NCBI RefSeq assembly: GCF_009914755.1
Contig: NC_060947.1
Length of the DNA stretch: 64,000 bases
Reading direction: 5' to 3' (one strand)
Source of the DNA: the human T2T-CHM13v2.0 reference genome, Homo sapiens
The translations under genes and the position numbers were made by a program. This document shows, piece by piece, positions 1 to 12,692 of this stretch. How positions within the stretch are numbered: the stretch's first letter is position 1; every line of letters begins with the position of its first letter. The notes beneath the pieces were generated by a model. That model was not told where the DNA came from and did not search any database. It saw only the letters and a list, made by a program, of their open reading frames with translations.

Positions 1-44
1 GGTGCCCTTCTTCCCCCAGAATTAGGGGATTCTGATGTGCACAC

Positions 45-180
45 ACATCCCCTGGAGATCTTGTTAAAATAGAGACCCTGATTCAATGGGTCCAAGGAGG
101 GTCCACAGTTCTGCATTTCTAACACACTTCCAACTGATGCTGATGATTCTGGTTACTGGGCCACACTTTGGGTAGCAAGG
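45..180. mobile_element. MER5-family hAT-Charlie MITE
   Basis: cctggagatcttgttaaaat...ctgattca...ctgcatttctaac...tgatgctgatg...ccacactttg resembles the MER5A/B consensus (recalled). Confidence 0.75.
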
Positions 181-202
181 TGTTAATAAACCTCCACACA
201 CT

Positions 203-362
203 TCAGTTAATCTCACCCATGCCTCAGTTTCCTCCTCTGTAAAGTGGAGTTAATAATAATATCACCCTCAAAGGATTGTAATGTATTTAAACAGGTAAAG
301 TACTTAAAACAGAGGTTGGCATATGGTAAGTGCTCCATAAATGCTAGCTATCACTATTATTA
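203..362 (+). mobile_element. MIR SINE
   Basis: Core gcctcagtttcctcctctgtaaagtgg and 3' end tggcatatggtaagtgctccataaatgctagcta. Confidence 0.85.
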
Positions 363-949
363 TTCTTTTATGCCCTCACATTTTTCTTTTTGAATTCTAT
401 ACCAGCTTACACCCACGGGCCGTATATTAACAGTAGCTTAGCTTTCAAACTGCATTATCCTGGCCCTTCCCCTCTGCTGTTGGAACATCTGTGCAGCAGT
501 GAATCAAGGCAGCTCTCAGACTTCCATACATGCTCCTTACATGTGCAGCAGGCCTTGCCACACTGCCCACAATTCCTGCTGTTCCCACTACTCTGTAGCT
601 CTGCCCTATGTATTCATGGGTTTGTAGAACCTTAGAGTTGGAGTGGGTTTAGGTGGTCAGTTAGTCCTACTTAATAGGAAGGGTCTCATGCCATACTTGC
701 CACCTAAGTCAAGGACCTGGGCACAGGGAGAGATGGACAGGATAAAGTCCCTCACTGTAAGAGTTGGAATGATTCAAAGCAAGCCCACCTGCTCTCTGCC
801 CATTTCTGTTTGCTGTGCTGAGACATCTCTGGAAAACCCTTGTGCCCCAGGAAATTTTCCTTCTCACACAGAAAACTGTCTTCTCTCTGGTCAGCTCTCT
901 AAGTTATGGAACAGGGGTCTTCAGAATGGGGCATAAAATACCAGGGGGG

Positions 950-1089
950 GGCAGGCGTGGTGCTGTGTGTGCCTGTAATGTCAGTTACTTGGGAGGCTGA
1001 GACAGGAGGATCACTTCAGTCCAGGAATTTGAGACCAGCCTGAGCAACATAATGAGACTCCATCTCAATAAATAAATAAGTAAATAAAA
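950..1089 (+). mobile_element. FLAM / free Alu monomer
   Basis: Single Alu arm (gcctgtaat...gggaggctgag...gagaccagcctg...catctc) followed by an (AATA)n tail. Confidence 0.9.
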
Positions 1090-1372
1090 GTCCAGGGAGT
1101 AATGAGATAATCTATTGGGGAAGAAGAAGGAAAGAATTAAACTTATCTTTATATTTACTTCTTTACCTAAAACATAAAGAAATCAAGCACAACCAAATAT
1201 ATGATACCTAAATTGGCTTAAGTGAATGCATATGCTTTCTATATAAATGTATATCTATTGAAATGGGCCTAAAATGTTTTGCCATTAGGTGTGAACAATC
1301 TAAAATGATTTAGAGATCATGTCTAGAAACTATAATGTTCACCTCTTCATGGATGGGAAGATAAAATGTCTC

Positions 1373-1821
1373 TGTGGCAGAAACAATTCTGGTGTCCACC
1401 ACCCTTTCATTTTCTTCCTGGGAACCCAAGAAGGAAAGGCTCTTTCCCAGCTCCTTTGCATTGATGTGGGGTCATGTAATTAGTTCTGGCCAATGGAAAA
1501 TGGGGGGAAGTGCTGTACTCAGCTCCCAGGCTTGGGCCCCCTCAAATAACTTGTGAGATCCTCCACTTGGTCTGAGTCTTCTCCAATCAGCTGGTGGAAT
1601 GCAGATGGTTTCAAAATCTGCCAGTGGAGAGTGGAGCCATCAGTGGAAGGTACCTGGGTTTGATCTAGGTGGGAGGAGTGCTCCCCAGAAGAGCAACTCA
1701 CCTAGGAGTACCTGTGATGAACTTTGCGTGAAGAAGCAATGAGCATTCATTGGTCTAAGACACTGAGATTTCAGGGGTTTCTTGTTACTGCAACATAACC
1801 TAGCCTATTCTGACTAATACA
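1373..1821 (+). mobile_element. MLT1 (old MaLR, H/J-type) solo LTR
   Basis: TG...CA ends; gttctggccaatgg motif; 3' end cactgagattt...ttgttactgcaacataacctagcctattctgactaataca. Confidence 0.8.
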
Positions 1822-1939
1822 TTTCCCTGTAACTCACCCTCCTCCCTCAATTCCATTGCCTGGGTGTCTCATTGGCACCAGCCAAAGACCTTCTAGATCC
1901 TGGATATTTAACTTCTTAAGGTCTTTAGCACTAGGGAGG

Positions 1940-2235
1940 TTGTAGCACAGAGTAGAAGTTAGAATCAAACTCTGAAGTCAGACTACCTGGGTTCAAATCC
2001 CAACGATACCACTTATTAACAGTGTGATGTTTTCAAAAGTCACTCAGCCTCATTCTCACTTTATTTCCTTATCCAAAATAAAAGATGGTATTAATGATTT
2101 TATAGGGTTATTAGAAGAATTAAAACAGAAAATCCTCTCAAGGCAAATTAACATATGTTATCTACATGCCTGACTGTTATTATATGCCTGATATATAGTA
2201 AATGTTTAATAACTGCTAACTTTTGGTAGTGGTAT
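1940..2235 (+). mobile_element. MIR SINE
   Basis: ctctgaagtcagactacctgggttcaaatccc (tRNA-derived B-box region) plus MIR 3' part. Confidence 0.8.
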
Positions 2236-2542
2236 TATTGCAACTGCAAAGTTCCCTGCCTTCTCCAGCTACAAAGCCCTTCTCACAATAAAATGACAAA
2301 TATCAGTGCCCTCCTCCTGCCTGTGTCACTGCCTCCTAACCATCTTCCCCCAACCCCCAGCCCTCAGAAGGACCCTCTAGTCCCCGATTCCACATATCAG
2401 AAATCAGTGGGGAATTCCTGAAGGGCTTTAGCTTCTCCAGTCTCTGCCTCTACGCATAAAAACTGAACAGAATCCTGATGATAGGTTACACTGCCTCTTC
2501 TGGAACCTGTTGAGCTGCAGGAAATTTAGTGGATAGCCTCTT

Positions 2543-2890
2543 TACTATGGTCTGAATGTTTGTGTCTCCCCAAAATTTATATTTTGTAATACTAACCCCT
2601 GAGGTGATACCTTTGGGAGATTAGGCTCTGAGGGTAGAGCCCAAATGAATGGGATTAATGCCCTTATAAAAGAGACCCTGGGGAGTTCCCTTGCTCCTTC
2701 TGACATGTGTGGACACAGCAAGAATACACTATCTATTATCCAGAAAGCTGGCCCTCACCAGACATCAAATCTGCTGGCACCTTGATCTTGGACTTCCCAG
2801 CCTCCAGAACTGTGAAAAAATAAAGTTCTGTTGTCTGTAAGCCACCCAGCCTATGGTATTTTCTTACAGCAGCCTGAATGGACTAAGACA
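2543..2890 (+). mobile_element. MLT1A/MLT1A0 solo LTR
   Basis: tactatggtctgaatgtttgtgtc...ttgatcttggacttcccagcctccagaactgtga...aataaa...gactaagaca; flanks ctctt/ctctg resemble a 5-bp TSD. Confidence 0.9.
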
Positions 2891-2986
2891 CTCTGCCATT
2901 ATTGCAATAGACTGATTCAGAATTTTTTTGTACATTAAATGGAAAATTGTCTCCTTCTTAACTGAGAAAAAGCTTACCAATTAGCC

Positions 2987-3169
2987 CAATGCTTATCAAA
3001 TTTTAGTGAACATTACAATCGCCTGAAGAGCTTCTGAAAACGGAGTGCTGGGTTCCACTCTAGAGTTTCTGATTTCATAGGTCTAGGGTGGACACACAAA
3101 TTAGTAAGTCTAACAAGTTCACAATGATACGATGCTGCTGGCCTGCGGACCATGCTTTGAGTAATTCTG
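2987..3169. mobile_element. MER5A MITE
   Basis: agagtttctgatt...taggtctagggtgg...ctaacaagttc...gatgctgctggcctgcggaccatgctttgag. Confidence 0.75.
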
Positions 3170-3299
3170 TGTTAGTCTATTTGACAGCCTTTTAACTATT
3201 TAAATACAGTGAATGCGTCCTCCACCACTTTCCCCAGTCACTTCTTTTCCAGGTTAAAACATGTTAGGGCCTTCAATTTTTGTTATCCTGCATCAAACT

Positions 3300-3790
3300 C
3301 TATTCTTGGTCCTGGGTATCCAAAGATGAAATGTACTTAGACTTTGTCCTCAGAGAGCTTAGAATTATGTGGAAAAATAGAGAGAAAAGGAATCCAGTAT
3401 ACTGTGACCACAATAAATATTTACTTTATGACTACTATGTGTCGTGATTGTCCCCAGAGTCTGGTGATTCAACCGTGAAAAAGATGTCATAGTCCTTCTT
3501 CATGGAGCCCTCAATCCAGTGGGGGAAACTGACCAGTGAACAGGAGATTATAGTCCAGCATGATAAGGGTGTGGAGAGGAAAAGTCAGGGAGCTCTGGGA
3601 GCACAGAAGGGAGATCTCAAACCCCAGCATATGGCTGGAGAGTCAGGGCAGGTTTCCCGGTGGAGGCGATGGCTAGGACTGGACATGGAAGATAAATAGG
3701 CATTAAGCAGGTAAGGGATGGGGTGGGATTTTTAGGCAAAGTGCTGAGGCGCACAGGAACCTGCTGAAAGTTAGGCTCAGTGGGAAGTGC
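3300..3790 (-). mobile_element. L2 LINE fragments (3' region)
   Basis: Antisense L2 3' motifs tactatgtg...catggagc...ccagtggggga...ctgggagcacaga. Confidence 0.65.
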
Positions 3791-4341
3791 TATGTGGCTT
3801 AAAAGAGAGTACAGACAGGTCCTATGGGATTGGGAGGAGCTGGAAGACTGATAAGAAGTGTGGGAGAACAGGAGAGACTACCACTTCCCAGGTGATGTTA
3901 GTGAGCCCTGACCTCTCTGGGATCAGCTGAAATTACAGATCCATACCCCACGCCCAGTCCACTCTCCATTTGAAGGATAGAGGGCAGTTTTGCCCCTGTG
4001 TTATCTAGACAGTTGGAGGCATGACTTGTGGTGGAGGAGAGCTGGCCCATGGTTAAACATTATCCAGAGCCCCAGCGGGACATGTCTGACAGGGGGACTT
4101 CCTTCCTGCAATAGGGCCAAGGGCATTGCCTTGGGTCATGAGTGTGCTACAGTGTGTAAGTGGCTGGGGCGGTGGGACAGTTAGAAAGAGCTCAAGGGGA
4201 ATTTAATGGGCAAAGTCACAGTGGAGTAGAAAAGATGAAGCAAATGAAGAATTCAAAGTATCCCATGGTGCTCTACTCTAATTGAGAGGTTGAAGAGCCT
4301 GGGTGTCTGCGGGGGGTGGGGGGCAAGATAGGGGGTGTGGA

Positions 4342-4632
4342 TGGAAGGAGGAGTGAGGAGGGAGAGAAAGAAGAAAGTGGAGAGTAGGGGGAGGGAGAGA
4401 GAGAGGAAGAAGGAGAGAGAGAGAAAGAGAGAGTGAGCAAAGGAAGGAGGGAGAGAGGAAAAAGGAGCGAGGTCAGGGAGAGAGAAGAAAAGACAGAGAC
4501 AAGGAGACGGAAGAGGAAAGGGGAGAAAAGGAGTGAGGGTGGGGAAGAGAGAGTGAACAGAAGAAGGAGGAGAAGGAGGAAAGAAAGGGAAAGGAGGAGG
4601 AGAGTGAAGAGGGGAGGAGGGAACAGAGAAAA
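4342..4632. repeat. GA-rich low-complexity polypurine tract
   Basis: About 290 bp almost entirely G/A; it explains the spurious ORFs 4253-4792, 4433-4657 and 4473-4682. Confidence 0.95.
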
Positions 4633-4794
4633 GCAGTCTGCCCAGAGGCAGAGCTAAAGATTTGACTGTGTTGGTTAGGCAAAGGAACACTTCAGCAGGA
4701 TTTTGAACACGACTGTTTTTAAAGGAAGTGATCCCACAAGTTGGGGGAACCTGGTAGAGGGAAAGGAAGGAAAACACAGCCTCTACATGCAAAC

Positions 4795-4985
4795 AGGCCT
4801 AGGTTTGAGTTCTATCTCTAGCACTGACTTGCTGTGTGAACTTGGGCAAGTTGTTTAAATTCTCCGTATCTCAGAATCCTTATCTGTGAGAGGAAATAAT
4901 AAAAGCCAGTTCTCAGGGTTGTTGGGAGACTTAAAGGAGGTTCGGATGTGTAGCTCCTGGCACTTAGTTGGCACCCAGAAAATGT
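4795..4985 (+). mobile_element. MIR SINE
   Basis: gctgtgtgaacttgggcaagttgtttaaattctccgtatctcag...ctgggcac-like 3' end. Confidence 0.8.
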
Positions 4986-5829
4986 ATGCTCCTGTGCTAT
5001 GTATGTCCTCTCTTGGAATCCAGAGAACTCAGCCACGACCCCCATCAAGCTGAGAAGAACTGAAATTCCAAGGCTGAAAAAGTTGATGGAGGGAACTATC
5101 TCTTGCTTTGACCCTCTGCCAAACTGAGAGTGTAAATGTTCAGTTGTTCTGTGAGCTGACTGTGTGCCTTGGCTCAAAGTGGCAGGTAGCCTGGGAATGC
5201 TGGGAGAGAAGAAAGTCTGGTGCTCAGAGAAATGAACTCAGATAGAGAAAGTGTCCCCCTTTTCAGAGCAAAGAACAAAGCTAAGATTCACTAATAGGAA
5301 GACAGGGCCCTGGGCCTTGTACTCAGCAAGAATGTAGAAAGCTTTCTATTGCCATTTTGTAGATTATACTGTAAAGGTGAGTGTGTTTACAACGTATCAT
5401 AGACTGTGGATAATGATTTGAGCATCATTTTATAGTTTGATATAACTTTCACTGACATCATTTGTTCAGCCATTCAACAAACATTTACAGAGGGCCTAGG
5501 TCAATCCACACACTCATTGTCTTGGGTATTCACCAATAGCACTTTTAATTTGGCTCTCCTTTGGGGATTCTCCTGGCCTTCTGTTGATGTGAATAGTTAG
5601 GAATGACCCTAATTTCTTTCCCACTTCAGCTAGGCCTGAGGAAACTTCCATTTGCATTCCTTCCCCTTTGGTGATGCCTGAGTGGTTAGCTGGCTGTGGA
5701 TAATCAATCCTGCTGGTTAATGAGCTGAGCAAAGAGGTTAAGGTCACAGTTTTGATCCCTGGGGGCTGATTTACCCTCTCCACTTGGGTGCACTGTCCTT
5801 CTTTCTCTACACCCACCGTGTATGTTTCC

Positions 5830-6820
5830 TCCCACCTCAAGGCCTTTGACAAGTTTTTTACTCTGCCAGAAGTTGTCTTGCTTCAGCTCCTAATTATTGA
5901 TATTCAGTGTCATTTCCCCAGCCAAGCCTTATTCGCTCCCTAGACCTAGTCAGGTGCTTCAGTTTATAACCCATGGTGCCTTGTATTTCTCTAGCATGGC
6001 ATTTATTAGTGTTTATAATTATCCTTTCATTTTTATTATTATTTGATTAATGTGACCTATTGTTAGCATAGAAAGCTAACAGGAAACAAATATTGAGTGA
6101 GTATTTAAATCTTATCTCTGTATTCTTCAGCCACATGACCTTGGGCATGTTACTTAATTTCTCTGGGGCCAGTCTTCTCATCTGTGAAATAGGTATGATG
6201 ATATTTGAACTTACTGCCCAGTAAGTCCTTGTGTCATGTAGGGTAGTGTTCAGCTGCAAGTAGTAGGAAACCGGACTGATTGTTCTTTAAACACATGGAG
6301 TTTATTTAACTCCTATACCAACATAGGCAGTCCAACACAGCTCTAGTGGCTTGATGATGCCATATAGAGCTCAGATTCATTTTCATTCTTTCTCTGCTTT
6401 CTATAGCAAGTACATTTAATCCTCATGTTTACAAGGTGACTGCTGCTACTCCAGGCATAGTATCTGTATTCCAGTCAGAAAGAAGGAGAAAGAGGGAAAG
6501 TGAGCATCAATTGACTACTGTTAATATCTCATTGGCCAGAACTAGTTCACATGGCCACTCCTAACAGCAAAGGAGTTCAAAAGTTTTTTTTTGTTTTGAT
6601 TTTTGTTTTTTTGCTTTTACAACCTGTAGAGTAGAGGCAAGTCATAGAGAAATGGTAAGCCAACTAAAGACGACTGTATGCCCTAACTGAACTTCAATAT
6701 CTAAGATGGAAGGAACCATGCTCCTTTTGTTCACCATCGTAGGTTCACCTTGAACAATGTCTGTCTCACTGTAGGCACCCAAGAAGCCTATCGTTAAATG
6801 TTAATGAATGAAAAAATGAA
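5830..6820 (+). mobile_element. L2 3' end, split into 5830-6056 and about 6680-6820 by insertions
   Basis: cctcaaggcctttg... part, then cttttgttcaccatcgta...taggcac...tgaatgaaaaaatgaa L2 tail. Confidence 0.6.
6230..6600 (-). mobile_element. MLT1 (K/L-type) LTR
   Basis: ttcagctgcaagtagtagg...acaaggtgactgctgctactccaggcat...atctcattggccagaactagttcacatggccactcc. Confidence 0.75.
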
Positions 6821-7369
6821 CTCCTGTAGAGACCATCTCCCAATTAGGTTTTAAGAGGTACTAGACAAGGATAGATGAATCAGTGCCATCTTAACATCAC
6901 AGGTAGGAAGAATTTAAAATAGACACCACCATCAGACACCACCATCACCATCAGGGGCCCCACTAGCCTTTACATTGCCTTTGCATTAATTACAAAAGGG
7001 CACCCACCCCTTCCTTAAGACACATTACTGCCATCTACTGGAAAATTTTCTTAATATAATTGTAAGTCTATGGTATCTAAGATGTGAATGGTGCCCCCTT
7101 AGATGCAGAGAGGTCATTCACCAAAAAATCTACACAGCCCTGTGTAGCCACCTTGCAGGAAATTTAAACACACCTCGCCAGTAGGGTGGATGTAGCCAAT
7201 GAAGGAGCCATCACATCTGTCTCTTGAAGCATAGAAGGCGGAGCAGGGGGGTGTATTTTCATGGAGCGGTCTGAAGATTTTAGCAGGGCTGATAGGAACT
7301 TGCCTTAGGTAAAGACTTATTCTGACAAAGCAGGGATTTGGTGAGAAGAACAAACAGTGTATTTGACTC

Positions 7370-7750
7370 TTGCTTTTTACTTTCTGCCTCTATAATACTA
7401 GAAAAATCACTTAATTCCTCTAAATTTTTATTTCCTCATCTCTTAATTGGGGACAAGAACACCTGCCCCAAGAGATGTGTTGAGTATCCAACAAGGTAAT
7501 ATACATGAAAGGGTTGGGAATCTGCTCTTGATTAGAAAATGTAAGCTATTGTTAGCATGGAGAGTTAACAGGAAACAAATATTGAGAGAGTGTTCAAATC
7601 TTATCTCTACCACTCACTAGCCACGTGACCTTTGGCATGTTACTGAATTATTCTGGGACCAGTCTTCTCATCTTTAAAATCGAATTAGAATTTACTGCCC
7701 AAGAAAGTCATGAGGATTAAAGGTAGTAAGTGTTCAATAAATGTTAAGCA
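7370..7750 (+). mobile_element. Two adjacent diverged MIRs (about 7370-7550 and 7560-7750)
   Basis: tcacttaa...tttcctcatct and gtgacctttggcatgttact...cagtcttctcatct...taagtgttcaataaatgtt. Confidence 0.7.
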
Positions 7751-9339
7751 TGAACTTTAAGGCAGTTGTGCCTTGCATTATGCTCTGCATTTTGCATTCA
7801 GTATTACATTGAAATACTTGTTTAAATTACCCTTGACTTTTTAAAAAGAGGAAAAAAATAAAATGAAATGAAACAAAAGGGTTCCTAGGCCTTTTTGTGA
7901 AGAGAGTTGAGACTGTGGGAAAAGAAGGATTCAGTACATTTTTTGAACTCTGGATCTGTTGTGATGTCTCTGAGGAAAACTTTCTCTTCCCCTCCCCACT
8001 TCATGCCACCTCCAAACACTTTTTGGCCAAATCTAGAGCTGATCTTGCTAGATTATAGCTGGAATTTCTCATGAAGTAGTTATTAAGATTGATTTCATGA
8101 AAACTTCACATGATTTATAGAGCAAATAGAGCAAAACGGAACCAAGGGGAAGAAAAGGCCAGCCAGGTAGGCAGGCAGAGTGGGGCAGATCAGGCAAGCA
8201 GAATGTTGGTTCCCACATGTTTTGGTTCTCCCTTCTGCTACCCTCCTCCCTGCAGCCCCTCTGGTGGTGGGGCCCTGTGATTGCTGAGAAAATCCGTTCA
8301 GATTGTAGTGCAGTGAAATAGGAGGGCAGAGGAGTTTGAAGCAGAAAGCAAGTAACAAAGTTGTTAATTCAACTGTTATCTAATGGCCGACTTTCTCATG
8401 CACAGTCTCCCCAACCCTGATCAGCCTAACTGTCTAGTGACTATATTTTATCTTCTTCACCACCACTAATCTTCCCCCTAATCTCTTCAGTGTGTAGGGC
8501 TATGGGGGAAACAAGATATTGTTCCTTCATTTCTCAAGTCACATTTCAGTGAAGTAAACAGCACTTTCTTTTCCTTCCTTCTGTCCCATGAAAGCTATTT
8601 TAGAGAAACTATGTTGAGCACCAGAGGTTCCTGGGCTTGGTTGCTATGTGGCCTGAAGCTGACATCTTGTGTGTGTGTGTGTCATGGTTTATGGTAGAGT
8701 GGTTAAAAATCAGCTCCCATTCTGGTGACTAAATTTTATTGACTTTTCCAGGGCCTGTGGTGGGACTGACATGTCCCCTATTTAATTACTTCCTTCTTCT
8801 TGACAGCAGATTGAGTTAACCAGAGGACATGCAGGTGGCTCCGGGGCCAGGGAGCTTGGAGTGGCCGTGGCTTGGCAGCTGAGAGGGGCCAGGGCGAGCA
8901 CAGGCCTGGGGATGTAACAACCTGCTGGCAGTTGTGAGCTGTGGGTTTTATGACTGCACTGGGGGTAATAACCGAACAGTGGGGCTTTTGGACTAATTTG
9001 AAGAATACTTTGCATAAATCCCAGCTGCTAGCCATATGTCCAACCCTTGTAGAGGGGAGGGTATGTTTCCCTGAGCTCTTGTTTATTTTCCTGGAAGTCA
9101 AGACTAACCAAACCTTTAAATGCCCAGCCGGAGTCTTTGGGGGAGGAAGATTGGTCACAAAAGCTTGAACTGATTTAATCACAATCTAAATTTATATTAT
9201 ATTTTACCAGATTTTCTCTTCCAATGATGTTGTGTCATTTTGTCCTCACAAAACCCCAAAATATAGGCCATGTAGAAATCCTCCATTTACCCATAAGAAG
9301 ACTGAGACCCAGGGAGACTGAGACCAATAATAAAAGCAG

Positions 9340-9580
9340 CCATTTTGGAGTTCACTATATGTTAGACACTTTTCTAAATCCTTGATAGGTGTTCATTCAT
9401 TTCATACTGACATCAGTCCTACAAGGCAGGTACCATTATTATCCCTATTCCTTGATGAAGGAGATGAGCCCAGAGAGGTTACTTAACTTGCCCAGGGTCA
9501 CACAGATAGTTAGTAGTGGAGCTGGGATTCAAACCTAGGCAGTCTGGCTCCAGAGTCTGTATTTAAAACCACTATACATG
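9340..9580 (-). mobile_element. MIR SINE
   Basis: gcccagagaggttacttaacttgcccagggtcacacag...gagctgggattcaaacctaggcagtctggctccagag. Confidence 0.9.
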
Positions 9581-10190
9581 CTGCCAGCTAGCTTGGCATT
9601 GGTGTAGCTGGAATTCGTATTCACGTACTCAACTCCAAGTTCAGGTTTTCCCTAATGCCACACCACTCTTCTGAAATTTGCTCCTTAAATATCTCTTATT
9701 CCTGCAAACATTAGCCACAGCAATTTAGATTTGGACTCTTTTCATCTGGTATCGCAAAGTCTTTCACTTAAATTTATTTAATTAGTCCCTCCCTACCTAC
9801 TTACTGTGGAGTCAGAGGCATACCCAGTCTAAAGGAGTTGTAATGTGTTAGGAAATTACTCCCAGACTAAGGCTTTGGAAAAATACAGGTATATAGGTGT
9901 TGGGAGTTGCTAAAGCCTGGCAGCCTCATATCTGGAACAAATATTTTCTCTCTCCCCATTTCCTGGGAAGAATGGGTGTGGTTCTCACAGCACTGTCTGA
10001 TTTTGTGAGCATGTGCACTCCAAAGTTTCACACAGAGTTGGCCTCTCCCTTTGGGAAAAGGTAATTCCAGCCCCTACTCCTCTGGCAATTACGGGCCTCT
10101 TAGCCTGTGGTAAGTGTGAACAAATCAGGCGAAAGGGAGGGAGTTGTTTTAATGTGATAATATCTCTAGCTGCCCATGCTGACTTTCTCA

Positions 10191-10599
<409 letters not shown>

Positions 10600-10873
10600 T
10601 CATAGCCAAAACCAATGTAGACCAAACCCCAATTCGAATTTGTGATAATGACCAAAAAGCAAGAGTATGACTCTCATTTGCAGATCTGGATAGCAGTTTT
10701 CTTTCCTCATTAGCAGACAAACTCTGTAGGCAGGCATTGGGTAACATGAAACAAGGAACATGACATAACTTTGGCAGAGAAACCATCATAGGAGAGTACT
10801 AGAAGGGGAAGGACAAAATAGTTTGGGTTGTAGTGATAATTTGTCATATTTACTTAATTTATTTGGTGACTAT

Positions 10874-11303
10874 TTCTCTAAGTTAGATTCCCCCAGATGC
10901 AGATCCTGCCACAAGAATTTGGATGCAAGTTTTTTATTTGGGAAGTGATTCCAGGAAGCATCTTTAGGAAGTGGAGAAGTGAGACAGGGAAGAGAAAAAA
11001 AAAATTCAGAGTGTCAAAATAGGTTATCACTGTGGGCAACTGAGACTCAATCCTGCTGGGGACCTCAGGTAGATGGTGTGGAACATGCCTTAAAGTCTCA
11101 CCTGAGTGGCAAGGAGGCTGAGGTATTTATCCACAGTCTCCTGTTGGTCATTGCTTTAGAGTTGCCTCTATGTGTGTTGATTCATTAGCACTGTGGCCTC
11201 TCTCACCTGAGAACATCTCATTTGCTTATAGTAAGAAGGCATCAGGCTACATGGGGACAGTGAGTGCCAAGGTAATATGGGCAGGGCACTGATACTGTCT
11301 ACT
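10874..11303 (-). mobile_element. ERVL LTR16-family solo LTR
   Basis: ttcccccagatgcagatcctg...tttatttgggaagtgattccaggaagca...atatgggcagggcactgatactgtctac (recalled LTR16/33 motifs). Confidence 0.7.
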
Positions 11304-11770
11304 TAAGAACCAAACCAGTTTGTGGAGGAGGAGGATATAAGGGAAGACATATTGTAATTAAGATTATTTCAGTTGCAAGTGATAAAATCCCAACTCAAAC
11401 TAGCTTGAGAAAAAAATAAAAGCAATGTATGTGAGTTATATCACTGAAAAGTTCAGGGGTAAGCAGTCTGAGGCATAGCATAGCTAGCTTCTATCCATCA
11501 TTGGCTTAAGGTTTCTCTTACGTGTGTTAACTCACTAGCACTCTGGCCTCTTCCACCTATGGGTATAATAGGTGCACAAGCAATGCCATCAGGGCTCTGT
11601 CTTCTGTACGTCTCTTGTTCTGCTTTCTTCTGTCTTGGCTTTATTATCTGGCTGGCTGAGAAGAGGGTGGAAAAGATGGCACCTCTAGGCTTATATGATC
11701 CTTATTCCTGCTGGCCCTAGAGGAGAAGAGCATTTTTTTTTCTGATAGCACTGGTTAACATCTTGGGGAA

Positions 11771-12382
11771 CAAAGGTAATGAAATCAGCAAATTGAAGAG
11801 ATGTCTGTATGCCCATGTTCGTTGCAGCACTATTTATGATAGCCACAATATGAAATCAACCTAAGTGTCCACCAATGGATGAATGGATAAAGAAAACGTG
11901 ATATACATGTACACAATAGAATATTATTCAGCCTTAAAAATGAAGGAAATCCTGTCATTTGCAACAACACAGATGAACTTGGAGGACATTATGTTAAGTA
12001 AAATATGCTAGTACAGAAAAAAAAATACTGCATGATATCACTTATATGTAGAATCTAAAAAAGCCGAATTCAGAAGCAGAGAGTAGAGTGGTGGTTCCCA
12101 GGAGCTGGGAGGGGAGGAGGGTTGGGAACATGTTGGTCAAAGAATACAAAATTTCAGTTAGACAGGAAGAATAAATTCAAGAGATCTGTTGTGCAACATG
12201 GTGACTATGGTTAATAATGTATTCTTGAAAATTGCTGAGTAAATTTTAAGTGTTACCGCAAATAAATGATAAACACATGAGGTAATACATATGTTAATTA
12301 GCTCAATTTAGCCATTCTACAATGTATACATACTTCAAAACATGTTGTACATGATAAATGTGTATAATTTTTGTCACTTAAA
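11771..12382 (+). mobile_element. L1MA-type 3' end (5'-truncated)
   Basis: caacctaagtgtccaccaatggatgaatggataaagaaaa...ggaaatcctgtcatttgcaacaac...ggaggacattatgttaagt. Confidence 0.92.
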
Positions 12383-12390
12383 ATCTGTCT

Positions 12391-12510
12391 ACATATATGT
12401 GTGTATATATATATAATATGTGTATGTATGTGTGTATATATATACACATATATGTGTGTGTGTATATATATACATATATGTGTGTGTGTATATATACACA
12501 CACATATATA
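12391..12510. repeat. Compound (TA)n/(TG)n microsatellite
   Basis: Directly visible; sits at the L1 tail position. Confidence 0.95.
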
Positions 12511-12692
12511 AATCCTGGAGAAGGCTCTGATTGGCCTATTATGGTTCCTGTGCCTATTCCTGTACCAACTGACGTGGCCAAGAGGATAGTGCACTCTGAT
12601 CAGCCAGACTCAGGTCATGTGTTGGGTTGGAGAGGATGGTATCATCTTACCCAAATAAGCAGAATTTCTGGGACCTGAGGAAGGAGTGGCTC

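Larger units (their letters stand above)
11355..12690 (-). mobile_element. MLT1 (J/K-type) LTR interrupted by L1 and a microsatellite
   Basis: ttcagttgcaagtgataaaatcccaactcaaactagcttgag...; resumes at about 12511 with ggctctgattggcc...ctctgatcagccagactcaggtcatgtg. Confidence 0.7.

Noticed and set aside
4253-4792. Longest ORF in the window (179 aa, minus strand) and overlapping R/E-rich ORFs
   Set aside because: Translation of the GA/CT low-complexity tract; the L/S/P/F composition is an artefact
12298-12678. ORFs rich in Y/I/H/T/C/V
   Set aside because: Translation of the (TA/TG)n microsatellite
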